A stretch of DNA of 64,000 nucleotides from Macrostomum lignano (taxonomy: Eukaryota): the NCBI GenBank assembly GCA_002269645.1, contig NIVC01000051.1, positions 744,001 to 808,000 of the forward strand, read 5' to 3'. Below the pieces are notes generated by a model. That model saw only the letters and a program-made list of their open reading frames with translations. It did no database searches and had not been told where the DNA came from. How positions within the stretch are numbered: position 1 is the stretch's first letter; each line of letters begins with the position of its first letter. Below, piece by piece: positions 1 to 12,672 of the stretch. Made by a program: the position numbers and the translations under genes.

Positions 1-132
1 AGACTCAGTTGACATACTGAGGAGTTATTCTCAAACAGGCGGTTGAGAGTCGGGCTCACCAGTGTGGCGAGTTGAGCCACGTAAAGTTTATTTGAAGTAG
101 CAGGGTGGAGGCGCGCGAGACAAAGGTCTAAA

Positions 133-170
133 GTTATATAGGCCAGCGGTGTACACTGGGCAGCCAATCA
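133..170 (-). promoter_or_regulatory. Possible leftward core promoter (TATA plus CCAAT)
   Basis: Minus-strand CTATATAAC at 133-141 with AGCCAATCA about 25 bp away (161-169). Motif match only; the transcript would leave the window. Confidence 0.25.
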
Positions 171-571
171 ACGCACAGCGACCGTGCACATAGCGCCGGG
201 CTTCCCGGCCGGGGTTGGGGTGGCTGCCGGAGCGCGCACGCGCGTGTGGCGTGACCTCCACAGCAGCAAATTTGTTGCACCAAACTTATGATTGCGCCAT
301 TATCGTAAAGAATAGTGTCATGCAGTTCCAACTATTGTAAGCTTTAATTAGTCACCAAAGTTGAGTTAAGATTGCAACCAATGAAATTTTATCTACATTT
401 TTTGTTGATGACTGAACTTTATCCCCACTTTTGAGCACACGCATCTTTTCCTTGCCTGTATTTTGAATAATTTAGTCAGTTTCAATTCAAACCTAATTAA
501 AATCAAATGGATAAAACTTTTATCGAAAAATTGTTACAATGGGAGCAGTGCACCAAGCCGTCCATTGGAGT

Positions 572-905
572 CGTCCAGCAGCCCGCCAACGTCCAGCAGC
601 CCACCAACGTCCAGCAGCCCGCCAACGTCCAGCAGCCCACCAACGTCCAGCAGCCCACCAACGTCCAGCAGCCCACCAACGTCCAGCAGCCCGCCAACGT
701 CCAGCAGCCCACCAACGTCCAGCAGCCCACCAACGTCCAGCAGCCCACCAACGTCCAGCAGCCCGCCAACGTCCAGCAGCCCGCCAACGTCCAGCAGCAC
801 GTCAACGTCCAGCAGCCCGCCAACGTCCAGCAGCACGTCAACGTCCAGCAGCACATCAACGTCCAGCAGCCCGCCAACGTCCAGCAGCACGTCAACGTCC
901 AGCAG
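572..905. repeat. 18-bp minisatellite AACGTCCAGCAGCCC(G/A)CC, about 18 copies
   Basis: Visible tandem array. It generates the repetitive ORFs 463-909, 507-983, 503-967, 534-929 and the start of 539-1465. Confidence 0.95.
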
Positions 906-1530
906 TTGAAGAGAACGCGGGCCGGGCAAGAGTGTATCTGCCCGTTTGGCAACTGCTTGCCAATCAAAGAGTCACGGTATTAATAGGGCATATTAAAAGG
1001 GCTCATTCGCCTGTGCTGATAAGTACAAAGGAAAAGCCGGCAGCAGCTGTACAGCTACCGGCAGATGCCTGGCAAACAAAAGCTCTGCAAGCTCTGCGTG
1101 GGGCAATAAAGCTGCACACGCACCAAATGACTGCTGGCCCTGTAGAGAGCGAAGTCGAGAGTGAGAGTTATGCGTTGTGTGTAGCCGAAAAACCTCAAAT
1201 CATTGTAGGCTCTGTGCGATCGATTTATATATTTAGCAGCGACCCTGCAACTGAAAATGCGTACACTAAAAACAGAAAACCAATCATATTGGATGTACAT
1301 CGCATATGCACACCAGGAGTAAAAACAAATATCATGCCAGCCCTAGCCAGCAGGCGCCTGCGACAATCTGACGTCTGTGGAGAGTGGCGAAACAATTCCA
1401 ATCTGTGTAGAGTATTATACCTCCCAGAAAAGCTATTTAAAATTGTTAACGTACTACTTATATAGTAGTAAAATGAGGAGCATGTATAAGGATATGCGCT
1501 GAACCATACATACTCGTATATTTGAATCAA

Positions 1531-1934
1531 CCAATAGAAAGAGAGAAATCTCGAGCATGCTAATTTTAGAAATCACCCAATCACGTGTGACCCGCGCTTG
1601 TCAGCTCAAACCCTAGGTGAGATGCATCATTCAGCATGCACTCAAGTGAACCAATCAAATGTAACTAAAAATAACTCAAATGCGGTAACCAATCATGTCT
1701 TTTTTGCACTAAACCAATGGAGTAACTTTCTAACCCGTCATGTTTGACAGCAAGCAAACCGTGACCCTTTGACAGTTGAGAAGTCGAACTCACGTGACCT
1801 CATGTGGGGTCTATAAATAGAAGTGGTCCGGAGCGGACCGGAGCCTCAGATTTTGGACTCCAGAAGGAGCAGCTCCGAGGAGGAAGCCACTAGAGGACTT
1901 CCTAGCTAAACTCGCTCGAGTTCTTGCGGTAAGC
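1531..1934 (+). promoter_or_regulatory. Pol II-type promoter module: 5 CCAAT boxes, 2 E-boxes, TATA, short first exon and splice donor
   Basis: CCAAT at 1531, 1577, 1651, 1689, 1714; CACGTG at 1582 and 1791; CTATAAATAG at 1811-1820; donor-like G|GTAAGC at 1929. Could be an LTR U3 or an element promoter. Confidence 0.5.
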
Positions 1935-2469
1935 CTTTCTCATTTGCGCCCGTTGGTTGAGACGTCTCACTTGTGTTGAGTTAGAGTCTGTTGAGACTCT
2001 TGAGTCTATTGAGACTCCATTAGCAGTAGTCTCCAGAAGGACTACCCTGATAGATCTTAGAAGACTTATCAGTGATTACCGGAGCTACACCTAGAGTGCA
2101 TAGAGGTACTGCTAGAAGGAGAAGGCTTGACTTAAACAGCAGTTTTGGCGCAGGGTACCCATTGTTAATACGAAGCTTCCTATTGGTCCAAACTACAGAT
2201 ACCGGCCGGAACTACTTAACCAGAAGTGAAAGGAACTCAGACCTGGTCTACTAACCCTAGACGTCTAGAAGTTGACGAGATCTACATCGAGATCTACACC
2301 GAGGTCGACCCAAGAAGTATCGAAGAAACTACTCCGGAGTTAAGGTAACAGATACCTTCATTTGATAACTGGGTTGCCAAGCAAAGTAGCTAGAAGTGAT
2401 TGTTCCTTGATTGCTGAGAGAGTCTCGGTAGTAAGGAACACATTATCTGCTCGGCAGCCAATCTTGAAC

Positions 2470-2981
2470 AAAAACTTGTCGACGCCAGTGCCAAAGTGCC
2501 GGCCAGAGCAGCGGTGGCCGAGCATTCCTCAACAGTTAATGTAGAGGCACTTTGCGGCTTCCTGGCCAGCTCTCTCGGCGGACGGAAAAAGCCAGCTGAG
2601 GTCCGCGAGATCCGCTGCTATTTGAAGCGGCTGATTGCAGCGTCTCGACATTCTGAGTTTCAGAGGATCTGCGCGACACAATCAGCGCACACTTGGACAG
2701 TTTGTCCTATTCGATGCTGAAACAGTGTCCGCACTTGAGAAAGTCGGCATTTTTTAATTACCCGCCGTTATCAACAAATAGCAGACGGTGGCCTGCAGCA
2801 ACAGCTCACGTCGTACAGGCAGGCCACTAAGAGTTGGACGGCAAGCTCTATGGGGCCGAAGGCGGAGTACTACGCGAGGCTGGTTGACCGCCGAGAGGAA
2901 GAGCTGCTCACCAGAGAGCAAATTAAAGCCGTATTTGAGATGAAGGATGCTGTGCTGGCAGAAGCGTGGTCATCCAACTGA
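2470..2981 (+). pseudogene. Frameshifted relic of a probable tyrosine-recombinase (Crypton-like) element protein, N-terminal core-binding region
   Basis: Three frames join into FLASSLGGRKKPAEVREIRCYLKRLI / EDLRDTISAHLDSLSYSMLK / QLTSYRQATKSWTASS..REEELLTREQIKAVF. This resembles the 'F-L-S--GG-K ... W--S ... LLT-E-I' pattern I associate with invertebrate YR-element proteins. Recognition is from memory; no catalytic domain is seen. Confidence 0.3.
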
Positions 2982-3084
2982 CAAAGTGAGTTTCATTTTT
3001 TCCCAATACTTTTTATGACGAGGGATAATATTAGAGAATTCTCTGCCATGTTAAGTTTAATAGGGCTAATAGATTTAAAAAATG

Positions 3085-3335
3085 GTACTGGCATTCAAAA
3101 TTACACTGGGATTAATGAGGCACTGGGATTAATATGGCACTGGGATTAATATGGCACTGGCATTCAAAATGACAATGACATTCAAAATGACACTGGCATT
3201 CAAAATGACACTGGCATTCAAAATGACACTGGCATTCAAAATGACACTGGCATTCAAAATGACACTGGCATTCAAAGTGACACTGGCATTCAAAATGACA
3301 CTGGCATTCAAAATGACACTGGCATTCAAAGTGGC
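3085..3335. repeat. 18-bp minisatellite CACTGGCATTCAAAATGA
   Basis: Tandem array; explains ORFs 3112-3342, 3129-3329 and 3151-3381. Confidence 0.95.
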
Positions 3336-4516
3336 ATTGCAAATTTTATTAGCTCAGAAATTCCAGAAATCTGAGATCTGAAATCTGGGAAAATTTCCTT
3401 TAAATAAATAAATACACAGCTGCAAAGATGACGCACACAGACTGGCCCGCTACTCTCAGCATCTCTAACTAGCACTGTCAATATATAGAATCAAATGGAG
3501 AGCTTAGAAATGACACCCTAGTCCTATAAATTTATTTTAGTTTTCGAGCTAGTTTTTGTCTCATTTTTCCCGAGACGCTGTATGGATGATATGAAATATG
3601 ATTTTTTGGGGAATTTTTATTTCACTAATTGTTTGAATCTGTGAAAAGATAAATTATCATTTCTTACTTGAAGTAGCGTAGAAAGACTTTTTAATTGCGT
3701 CATAGTTACTGTCTTGGATACATTTTTGATGTCATAGTTGCAATTTCGTTCCTCGGTTATCCCCTTGAATTGGAACGTGATCATTTCTCTTCTTAGCGTC
3801 ATTGCCCCTACAGTAGGACATAAGCTAACTTTTTTAAAGAAAACTGCGTGCTGCATTTCTTAAACCCGTAAAGGTCAATTATTCAAAAGTCAAAGGTCTG
3901 CATCTAAAACCATGCATTAAGCCTAGCATTAGACGCAGTCAAGTATTCTTACGGTGCATTTTCAAGTACATATGTTTTTGTATGCGAGTTTACGCTTGCG
4001 GAAAGTGTGTTATCTCGTGCACAATCTCGCGTGTTATCTAGTAGTTTTTGCCTGTAGTACTGGCCAACTTAATATGCATTCAGGTTGAATATAGACTGTT
4101 GACACTGATTGGTTGCGCTCTAGCTGTGCTTTGGAAAACAAGATCATTTTTTCAGATAAAATATTTCCTTTAACCAGTTAAAATTCAGTCTGTAAACGCT
4201 GCCAGAGATCATTCAGAAAGTGGCACAACGCGGCGAATAGGACAAGACCAATAAACATTTTGTACAAGCCGAGTTGCAAGCATGGGATTGCAAACGAGGA
4301 AGCTGCACTTTATCGAGTGCTGTTTTCTGCTTCTGGCAGCGCTGAGAGCGGCAGGCTTTCCAGCTACAGTGGCGCCAGAAACTGACTTTGATGTCTCCGA
4401 ATTTATGAGTCTCTTTGGGTGAGTAAAGCAGGTTAAACAGTCCTTGTACAGCTGTGTTCTACTGTGCATGTAAATTTACAGTACTTAATTAAGTGCATTC
4501 AATCTAATGATGCCAC

Positions 4517-5175
4517 TGAGTCACGTGACGCCACAGTATGAATACTGCGCTCCCATAGAGTCACCTGACGCTATTGTCTAAATGATACGCTCCCATAGAG
4601 TCACCTGACGCAATTGTCTGAATACTGCGCTCTCATAGAGTCACCTGACGCTATTGTCTAAATGATACGCTCCCATAGAGTCACCTGACGCAATTGTCTG
4701 AATACTGCGCTCTCATAGAGTCACCTGACGCTATTGTCTAAATGATACGCTCCCATAGAGTCACCTGACGCTATTGTCTAAATGATACGCTCCCATAGAG
4801 TCACCTGATGCAATTGTCTAAATGATACGCTCCCATAGAGCCACCTGACGCAATTGTCTGAATGATGCGCTCCCATAGAGTCACCTGACGCAATTGTCTG
4901 AATGATGCGCTCCCATAGAGTCACCTGACGCAATTGTCTGAATGATGCACTCCCATAGAGTCACCTGACCCTATTGTCTAAATGATGCGCTCCCATAGAG
5001 TCACCTGACGCAATTGTCTGAATGATGCGCTCCCATAGAGTCACCTGACGCAATTGTCTGAATGATGCACTCCCATAGAGTCACCTGACGCAATTGTCTG
5101 AATGATGCGCTCCCATAGAGTCACCTGACGCAATTGTCTAAATGATGCGCTCCCAAATACGGTAGTCACGTGACG
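4517..5175. repeat. 40-bp minisatellite TCACCTGACGCAATTGTCTGAATGATGCGCTCCCATAGAG, about 16 copies
   Basis: Exact 40-bp period from 4521 to 5121; both outer copies carry the palindrome GTCACGTGAC. Confidence 0.95.
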
Positions 5176-6199
5176 TGCTGCATAAATTTGATAGCGATCT
5201 AATTAAATAATTCACTTCAGAAGCCGCACCATGAAGAAAGACATGCAGCCGCAACAAGGACAAACGGATGATGGAGCCAGAGCGACCCGCCTGCCAGATC
5301 GAGGAGATCCGTCTTTCTCATTGACACCGATCGAAGGCTTACAAAATCGTCTGTCAATATTGGAAATGTTAAAGAAGCTACAAATTCGACCGAATTCCGA
5401 GATAAGAAAGCCTCGACGTCTGTCAATAAAAACATCAACTGCGCCGGACGACTGAACATCGATTGCGCCGATTCTTTGAGCACACAGTTTTTTGACATTT
5501 CAGTGATTTATCGTGTATATAGTCCATTAGTTGGAATCAAGTTTGGAGTTGAACTCAAGGTTAACTCAAGCGCAAGCCTATACGAGCGTACTACCTTTGA
5601 ATGCGACCTTTGAAACTTCACAACAGCAATCCGGTCTTCCGAACATCGATTCGAAAGGATTGCTGAACGGGTCTGATGAAGCTCTCGAATGTTTGTCTCT
5701 TCTCAGCTCTCATCTTCTAACTCATCTCATCTCATCTCATATTTTCTACTCGTTTCTCTTCTCTATACTCTCCTCTCCTCTCTTAATTATGACCTGATGA
5801 GCTGCATGGATTGTTAATCTGGTCCTGGAGGTAAAAAAAAGTTTGCTGAACCTCGCCTTTCCCTGCTTTTTAATATGCATGTACCTTTCTTATTAAATTA
5901 CGTGCACAGGTAAAAAAACAGAATTATATCACGTAATACATATGTTACTATTGTACTTGTTATTATAGACATACAGCTACATGTATACATCAAAATAAGC
6001 TTAAAAAGGCAACTAAGGCTATGATTCTTTGTGCTTGACAGCTATTAAACTCAGCCAATTCAATTAGGTACCGTTTCACAAAGTCGCGGAACCGTTTCCA
6101 AAGAAACTGATATCTGCTTCGGCTCTCATTTTTAGCATTTTAATAAAGCAAGGTCCTCTAGAAGTTACCATTTTACCACCGCTACTTTATATAGTGGTC

Positions 6200-6500
6200 C
6201 TTGTATTGTATAAGTAATTACCGACGAAGCATATATGTAAATATCAAGTCATCATCTTTTAAATCGACGCAGTTTTTGCTTTGCGCTTAGCGCCTTTAGT
6301 TTTTCATCTTTTACCTTCATAACCGTAGCTTACATGTACTTTATTGAGGTTCTCATGATGCAGTTTTTTTCCCACTCAGTTCCTCTCCTTTGGTCTTGCT
6401 TGGGGAACGCATGAACTATATAACCAGGTTCTTCCTTAATCCTTAGGTGTAGACTCTCTCTACTCAGAACCTTTATAATACTGCATGTAAATACGTTTCC
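6200..6500 (-). pseudogene. Possible THAP-domain/coiled-coil transposase fragment
   Basis: ORF 6330-6536 contains HAFPKQDQRRGTEWEKNC (THAP-like FP..R..W). A nearby frame gives KVKDEKLKALSAKQKLRRFKR. The THAP Cys/His ligands are not seen. Confidence 0.2.
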
Positions 6501-6929
6501 TGAACCGATTCGGCCTTCTATACGCACATGTAACATGTAGGTTACCTATGTGCGCCTCTCAGCTTACTCTAGTGGGGGAGTTCCAGAGGTCTAGATTTGA
6601 TTGACTCGAAAATTTCAGATCACCAACAAATTCAAATTATAACGCCACTTTCACAACGCAGAAACATCAGGTTCAGCAGACCGAACTTTCACAAGAACAG
6701 AATTTTGCGACGGCGAGATTTAAAAAAACCCAGAAACGAGGGTCAGCCAGTTAGCAGAATTTGGAAAGAACGGAAGGTTTTTTTACTGAGAAATAGAGCA
6801 GTCGGCAATAAAAAGACCATTTAGCTCACAAAGTCAGCAATCTCAGCATATTCTCCTATAATAGCAAGCAGAGCTAGCAGAGCTTTCTACTTCCTTGATA
6901 AGTTTGTTTAAATCGGTGAGTGCTTCGAG

Positions 6930-7604
6930 GAATTCAGCGCCGCCGGGTCTCCCTAAGGGCCTTTTCATATTACCAATTCCAGAACCAGAATCGGTTCGGA
7001 ATTCCAAGAAAAACAGCAGTATAACTATTAAACTCTGTTAATATTTGACTGCCTTAACAACCTAACTTAGCACAATTTTTCACTTTCTTCTTGGCGATTG
7101 TCATTCAATAATAAAAACTTTATAGCACGTATCTCCCTCTAGTTATGGAGACAAAAGTTATACTTCACAAATTGGTTCTGGTTCTGGAACCAGAGCAAGC
7201 AATATGAAAAGGCCCTAAAACACGCACCGCACCGCCCCGAACCGCTACACATTATAACATTTTTTGTCAATGCAGTATTTAATTGTAAAGAAAACTATTT
7301 GTTGTACGAGTAATGGAATAAATATCTTTAATTATTATTATAAATATCTTTAATTATTATTATAAATATTGTTATAATTTTTAAATTCTTGTTTTCATTT
7401 TTTATTAATTATTAATAATATCACTTGTTATTCACCGAATTTTATATTTCATAGTAAAAAAACTTAATTTAATAAAAACTTTGAAGCTTAACAGAAAACG
7501 CATTTTGAAGTGACTTCAGTTATAGTCCAATTTGTTTTAATGTGTAGCGCTGCAGGGCGGTGCGGGGCGTGTTTTAGGGAGACCCGCGCCGCCCAGCTAA
7601 ATTC
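6930..7604. mobile_element. MITE with about 50-bp imperfect TIRs, left TIR interrupted by a second MITE
   Basis: Left GGGTCTCCCTAA[insert]AACACGCACCGCACCGCC..CGCTACACA versus right TGTGTAGCG..GGCGGTGCGGGGCGTGTTTTAGGGAGACCC (7541-7585) is a near-perfect reverse complement once the insert is removed. Confidence 0.8.
6957..7215. mobile_element. 259-bp PIF/Harbinger (Tourist-like) MITE
   Basis: Perfect 15-bp TIRs GGGCCTTTTCATATT / AATATGAAAAGGCCC with TAA target duplication (6954-6956, 7216-7218). Confidence 0.9.
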
Positions 7605-8365
7605 AAATTTGACTACGCTGACACAAAGAATTTAATTTTTTCTCTCTTCTGCTGACTAGACTTAAGGCAGGCAGGCATGCAGGCCTAGGATTCTAGGAAG
7701 TCGCTGTTGACATTCGGAACTTTGAAGCTTACTAATTTTCTCTGTAGGGTCAAAGAATACTATAATTTACTAGAAAGTTATGTACTAGTATTGTAGTAAC
7801 TACTAGGCCTAGCCTAGGCTATAACTAGCTAAACTAGGCCCTGCTAAATTTAGGAAAAACTAGGGGCCTTGGCCTACAAGTCTACAACAAATATACTCAT
7901 GTTGTTCATAATGATAGGCCTAGTCTAAATTAAAACATTTTAATACACAAGGCTGCAATGTTGAACAATAAAAAGTTATGCAAAAATTCAGAAGTTTTTG
8001 GCTCTTTAATTAGTGTAGCAATCCAACAATGCCAGCTGCTTTTTTATAATCCCACCCTAAGCAGAACATGCTATACGCCTATAGCCACAGCAATATCTAT
8101 TTAGCTTCATAGTATATCATTTTCCCATTGCAGTAGCTCTTATACCAAAGATATTTCTATACCAATATGCAATATGTAGCTTTTGTCTTGTATAATCTTA
8201 AGCCTGCTTTTCAAATTATCAATTTAGCCCATAATTTTATATCCTACCAATCAACAATACCTTACTTTGATTTTCAATTCCTAGGCCTACCTTAGCTTTT
8301 ATATCTAGTTGCAAAGAATAATTGCTAAGATCTGCCTATTGCAGTTTATAAAACATAGGGCCTAA

Positions 8366-9300
8366 CACGAGTATAACTTTGGCCGTCAACTTTTCCGTCA
8401 AGTTTTCCGTTAACTTTTCTGTTAACTATTCCGTCAACTATTCCGTCAACTTTTCGTGTTAGTAGGATAAATAACTTTTTCTGTTAACTATTCCGTCAAC
8501 TTTTCCGTCAACTTTTCCGTTAACTTTTCCATTAACTATTCCGTCAACATTTCCGTTAACTTTTCCGTCAACTTTTCCATTAACTTTTCCGTTAACTTTT
8601 CCGCCAAATATCTCATCACTTTTCCGTTAACTAATTCATCAACATTTATGCAAGTCCGTAAAATATATTCTATCAAATTTTTTGTGTACTCTGAATGGAA
8701 AGTGTTAATTTTTTGCATAAGTGCAGTTTCCTTAGCAATTTTTATACATGCTTTAAATTTGCTGAGTATACACATGTACATGTATAAATTATAAATAAAA
8801 AACACAGGCAAAAATTTCTAGCGCGACATGTTCCAGAACTTAATTGGTATTGCTGCACTACCTGCACTACAACATCTGCACTTGTTCATTGATTTATCTT
8901 TGTGAAATAAAGTGCTGGTACTAGGGAAAATGGAAAAGATGCACGTTGTTACTAACGCAGGCTTGTTTTTTCATCGATATTAAGCATGCAAACACAATAA
9001 ATGATCAAAGAGCTACTCGCATGATGATCCTATTTGAGAAAGTCACATATGTTTTTTCAGAACAATAAATTGTTGACGGAAAATTTGACGGAATACTTGA
9101 CGGAAAAGTTGACGGAATACTTGACGGAAAAGTTGACAGAATACTTGACGGAAAAGTTGACGGAATACTTGACGGAAAAGTTGACGGAATACTTGACGGA
9201 AAAGTTGACGGAATACTTGACGGAAAAGTTGACAGAATACTTGACGGAAAAGCTAACGGAAAAGTTGACGGAAAAGTTGACGGCCAAAATTATACTCGTG
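8366..9300. mobile_element. Non-autonomous foldback-like TIR element A (935 bp) with 12-bp subterminal repeats
   Basis: TIR CACGAGTATAACTTTGGCCGTCAACTTTTCCG versus CGGAAAAGTTGACGGCCAAAATTATACTCGTG; left arm (TTTTCCGTYAAC)n, right arm the inverse; flanked by direct GCCTAA. Confidence 0.9.
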
Positions 9301-9306
9301 GCCTAA

Positions 9307-11956
9307 CCCATACTCAGGAAGGTGGCCTGCACGCGGGAATTTTCCCGCGTGCACAAGCCACGCTAAAATTTTGGCATGCAAAGTTGGCGTGCAAATAGGG
9401 GTCTCAAGCCACGCCTAAATTTTCAGCGTACAAGTTTTTTTACTTGGCGTGTAACCTTGGCGTGCAATTACAAACTGACAGTATATCAACAAGTCAGATA
9501 TAGATGTATACACTATATATATACAATATATAAAGTTGAACGTGAACAATTGAATTTGAATATTGATTAAACCAACTAGTTGAGGCTATAGCCTAGCCTA
9601 CAGCCAGGCCTGGTCACACTCTACAGCCTACATTAAAATTAAAATATCCAATAACTTTTAAACGCTCTTATTTTGTGACTCTTGTAGACTTTTAGTTTAT
9701 TTGTTTCTTGAAATGTGAAGAAAAAGTTTTTGATACTTACTATGTTCTTTGTAGCAAATTTCCTTTTTTTATATAAACTTTGTTTAACGTAAGTAGAAAA
9801 TTTATTTAAAAATCCTATATACTAAAAATGAGTTGTCTGTGGGTAGGTATGCGATAGATTTCAGAAAAATTGGCTCAACCGATTTTCTTCAAACTTGCAC
9901 CATTCGATCAGAAATTTTCCTGGGATGGTACATGCATCTTGGCTAAGAAATTGCTCAATATTAAAGGGATTAAATATTCGAAAAACATGCTTTTTTGCAA
10001 AGGTCAAGCAGCTCTTTTGACCTGAAATGCATTGTAAAAATGCGAGAGAAAATTTTTTTTTAAAAAAAATTTTTTATTAATTTTTTATTAATTTTTTATT
10101 AAAACACCTTAAAAACACAAAAGTGCTAAACATAAAAGAAGCGCAATGTCAAACATAGAAGAGCAACCATGTCGAACATTAAAGAGCCAACATATCGAAC
10201 ATAAAAGAGTTTTCATGTCAAACATTAAAGAGCCCCCATGTTGAACATTAAAGGGCCACCATATCAAACATAAAAGAGCCACCATTTTAAACATTAAAGA
10301 GCCACCATTTCAAACATTAAAGAGCCACCATGTCATCCATAAAAGAGCCACCATTTTAAACATTAAAGAGCCACCATTTCAAACATTAAAGAGCCACCAT
10401 GTTAGACATTAAAAAGCCACCGTATCAAACATAAAAGAGTTACCATGTAGAATAAAAAAGAGCCACCATGTCGAACATAAAAGAGCCACCATGTAAAACA
10501 TTAAAGAGCCACCATGTAAAACATTAAAAAAGAGCCACCATGTCAAACCTAAACGAGCCACCATGTCAAACATAAAAAAGCCATCATGTCAAACCTAAAA
10601 GAGGCATCATGTCGAACATTAAAGAGCCACAATGTAGAATATTAAAGAGCCACCATGTCAAACATATAAAAACATATAAGTGACTTTATGTCAAACATTA
10701 AAGAGCAACCATTTTGAACATTAAAGAGCCCCCATTTCGAACATTAAAGAGCCACCATTTCAAAAATTAAAGAGCCACCATGTCAAACATCAAAGAGCCA
10801 CCATGTCAAACATCAAAGAGCCACCATGTCAAACATTAGAGCCACCATGTCGAACATTAAAGAGCCACAATGTCAAACATAAAAGAGCCACCATGTCAAA
10901 CATTAAAAAACCACCATGTCGACCATATACGTGATTCCATGTCGAACATTAAAGAGTCACTATATCAAAAATTAAAGAGCCACCATGTCAAACATCAAAG
11001 AGCCACCATGTCAAACATCAAAGAGCCACCATGTCAAACATCAAAGAGCCACCATGTCAAACATTAGAGCCACAATGTCAAAAATTAAAAAGCCACCATG
11101 TCAAACATAAAAGAGCCACTATATCAAACATTAAAGAGCCACCATTTCAAACATAAAAGAACCATCATGTCAAACAGAAAAGAGCCACCATGTCAAACAT
11201 TAAAGAGCTACCATGTCGAACATTAAAGAGCCACCATGTAAAACATAAAAGAGCCACCATGTCATACATTAAAGAGCCATCGTGTCGAACATTAAGGAGC
11301 CACCATGTCGAACATTAAAGAGCCACCATGTCAAAGATTAAAGAGCCACCATGTCAAACATTCGAGCCACCATGTTGAACATTAAAGAGCCACAACGTCA
11401 AAAATTAAAGAGCCATCGTGTCGAACATTAAGGAGCCACCATGTCGAACATTAAAGAGCCACCATGTCAAAGATTAAAGAGCCTGTTGTCTTGCTTGCTG
11501 TCTTGGGATGATTTCTTTTTGCATTGCACTTCATTTGAGTAGTTTGTCTGTTTTCTTTGTGAAAGCTTTATTTGGCTATTTTCTTATTACTTGTAGAGAA
11601 CAGAGATTCTATACAGATGTCCCCCAACGGGGGGCGAAGATTGCTAGTAGTATCTAATACTGCGGTTAATATTCAAATCAAGAATGCAAATACATTGTCA
11701 ACGTAGAATAAATAGTCTATCGACAATTTATTTTTTACAATTTACTGTAGGGTAAACAGACAGTGTAACCACTTTTGGCATACAGGATTTTGGTATACAC
11801 AATTTTCGGCGAACATGATTTTTGGTATACAAGATTTTTGGCGTGCAACAGAAACGTCATGTTAAGGGTTTTAAAAAATTGGCATACATTGGCGTGCACC
11901 AAGGATTTTTCCATAAATTGATTCCCGCGTGCACTTGCCACCTTCCTGACTATGGG
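9307..11956. mobile_element. Non-autonomous TIR element B (2.65 kb)
   Basis: TIR CCCATACTCAGGAAGGTGGC..TGCACGCGGGAAT versus ATTCCCGCGTGCA..GCCACCTTCCTGACTATGGG; flanked by direct GCCTAA (9301-9306, 11957-11962); no transposase ORF. Confidence 0.9.
10130..11482. repeat. 23-bp minisatellite AAAGAGCCACCATGTCAAACATT inside element B
   Basis: Tandem, moderately diverged array of more than 50 units. Confidence 0.95.
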
Positions 11957-12044
11957 GCCTAACATTTGCTATTTGCTTGGGGAACTGGTTACTTCAGTCA
12001 TGCTTGGGTGCAACCCCATATTGCAGAAGGTTTTCTGTGTAAGG

Positions 12045-12672
12045 AAGGTTACTAAATTCAAGCGGTACTAAATTCAAGCGGTACTAAATTTGAGCAGTAC
12101 TAAATTCAAGCGGTACTAAATTCAAGCGGTACTAAATTTGAGCAGTACTAAATTCAAGCGGTACTAAATTCAAGCAGTACTAAATTCAAGCAGTACTAAA
12201 TTCAAGCCGTACTAAATTCAAGTGGTACTAAATTCAGGCGGTACTAAATTCAGGCGGTACTAAATTCAGGCGGTACTAAATTCAAGTGGTACTAAATTCA
12301 AGCGGTACTAAATTCAGGCGGTACTAAATTTGAGCGGTACTAAATTCAAGCGGTACTAAATTCAAGTGGTACTAAATTCAAGCGGTACTAAATTCAAGTG
12401 GTACTAAATTTAGATGGTACTAAATTCAGGCAGTACTAAATTCAGGCGGTACTAAATTTGAGCGGTACTAAATTCAGGTGGTACTAAATTCAGGCGTTAC
12501 TAAATTCAGGCGGTACTAAATTCAGGCGGTACTAAATTTGAGCGGTACTAAATTCAAGTGGTACTAAATTCAAGTGGTACTAAATTCAGGCGGTACTAAA
12601 TTTGAGCGGTACTAAATTCAAGCAATACTAAATTCATGGTTACTATTACTAAATTTTGGTTACTAAATTCAA
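12045..12672. repeat. 16-bp minisatellite GGTACTAAATTCAAGC
   Basis: Visible tandem array. Confidence 0.95.

Noticed and set aside
507-983. Gln/Pro-repeat ORF as a functional host gene
   Set aside because: Mostly an 18-bp minisatellite; the flanking coding-like sequence has multiple stops and no recognisable domain.
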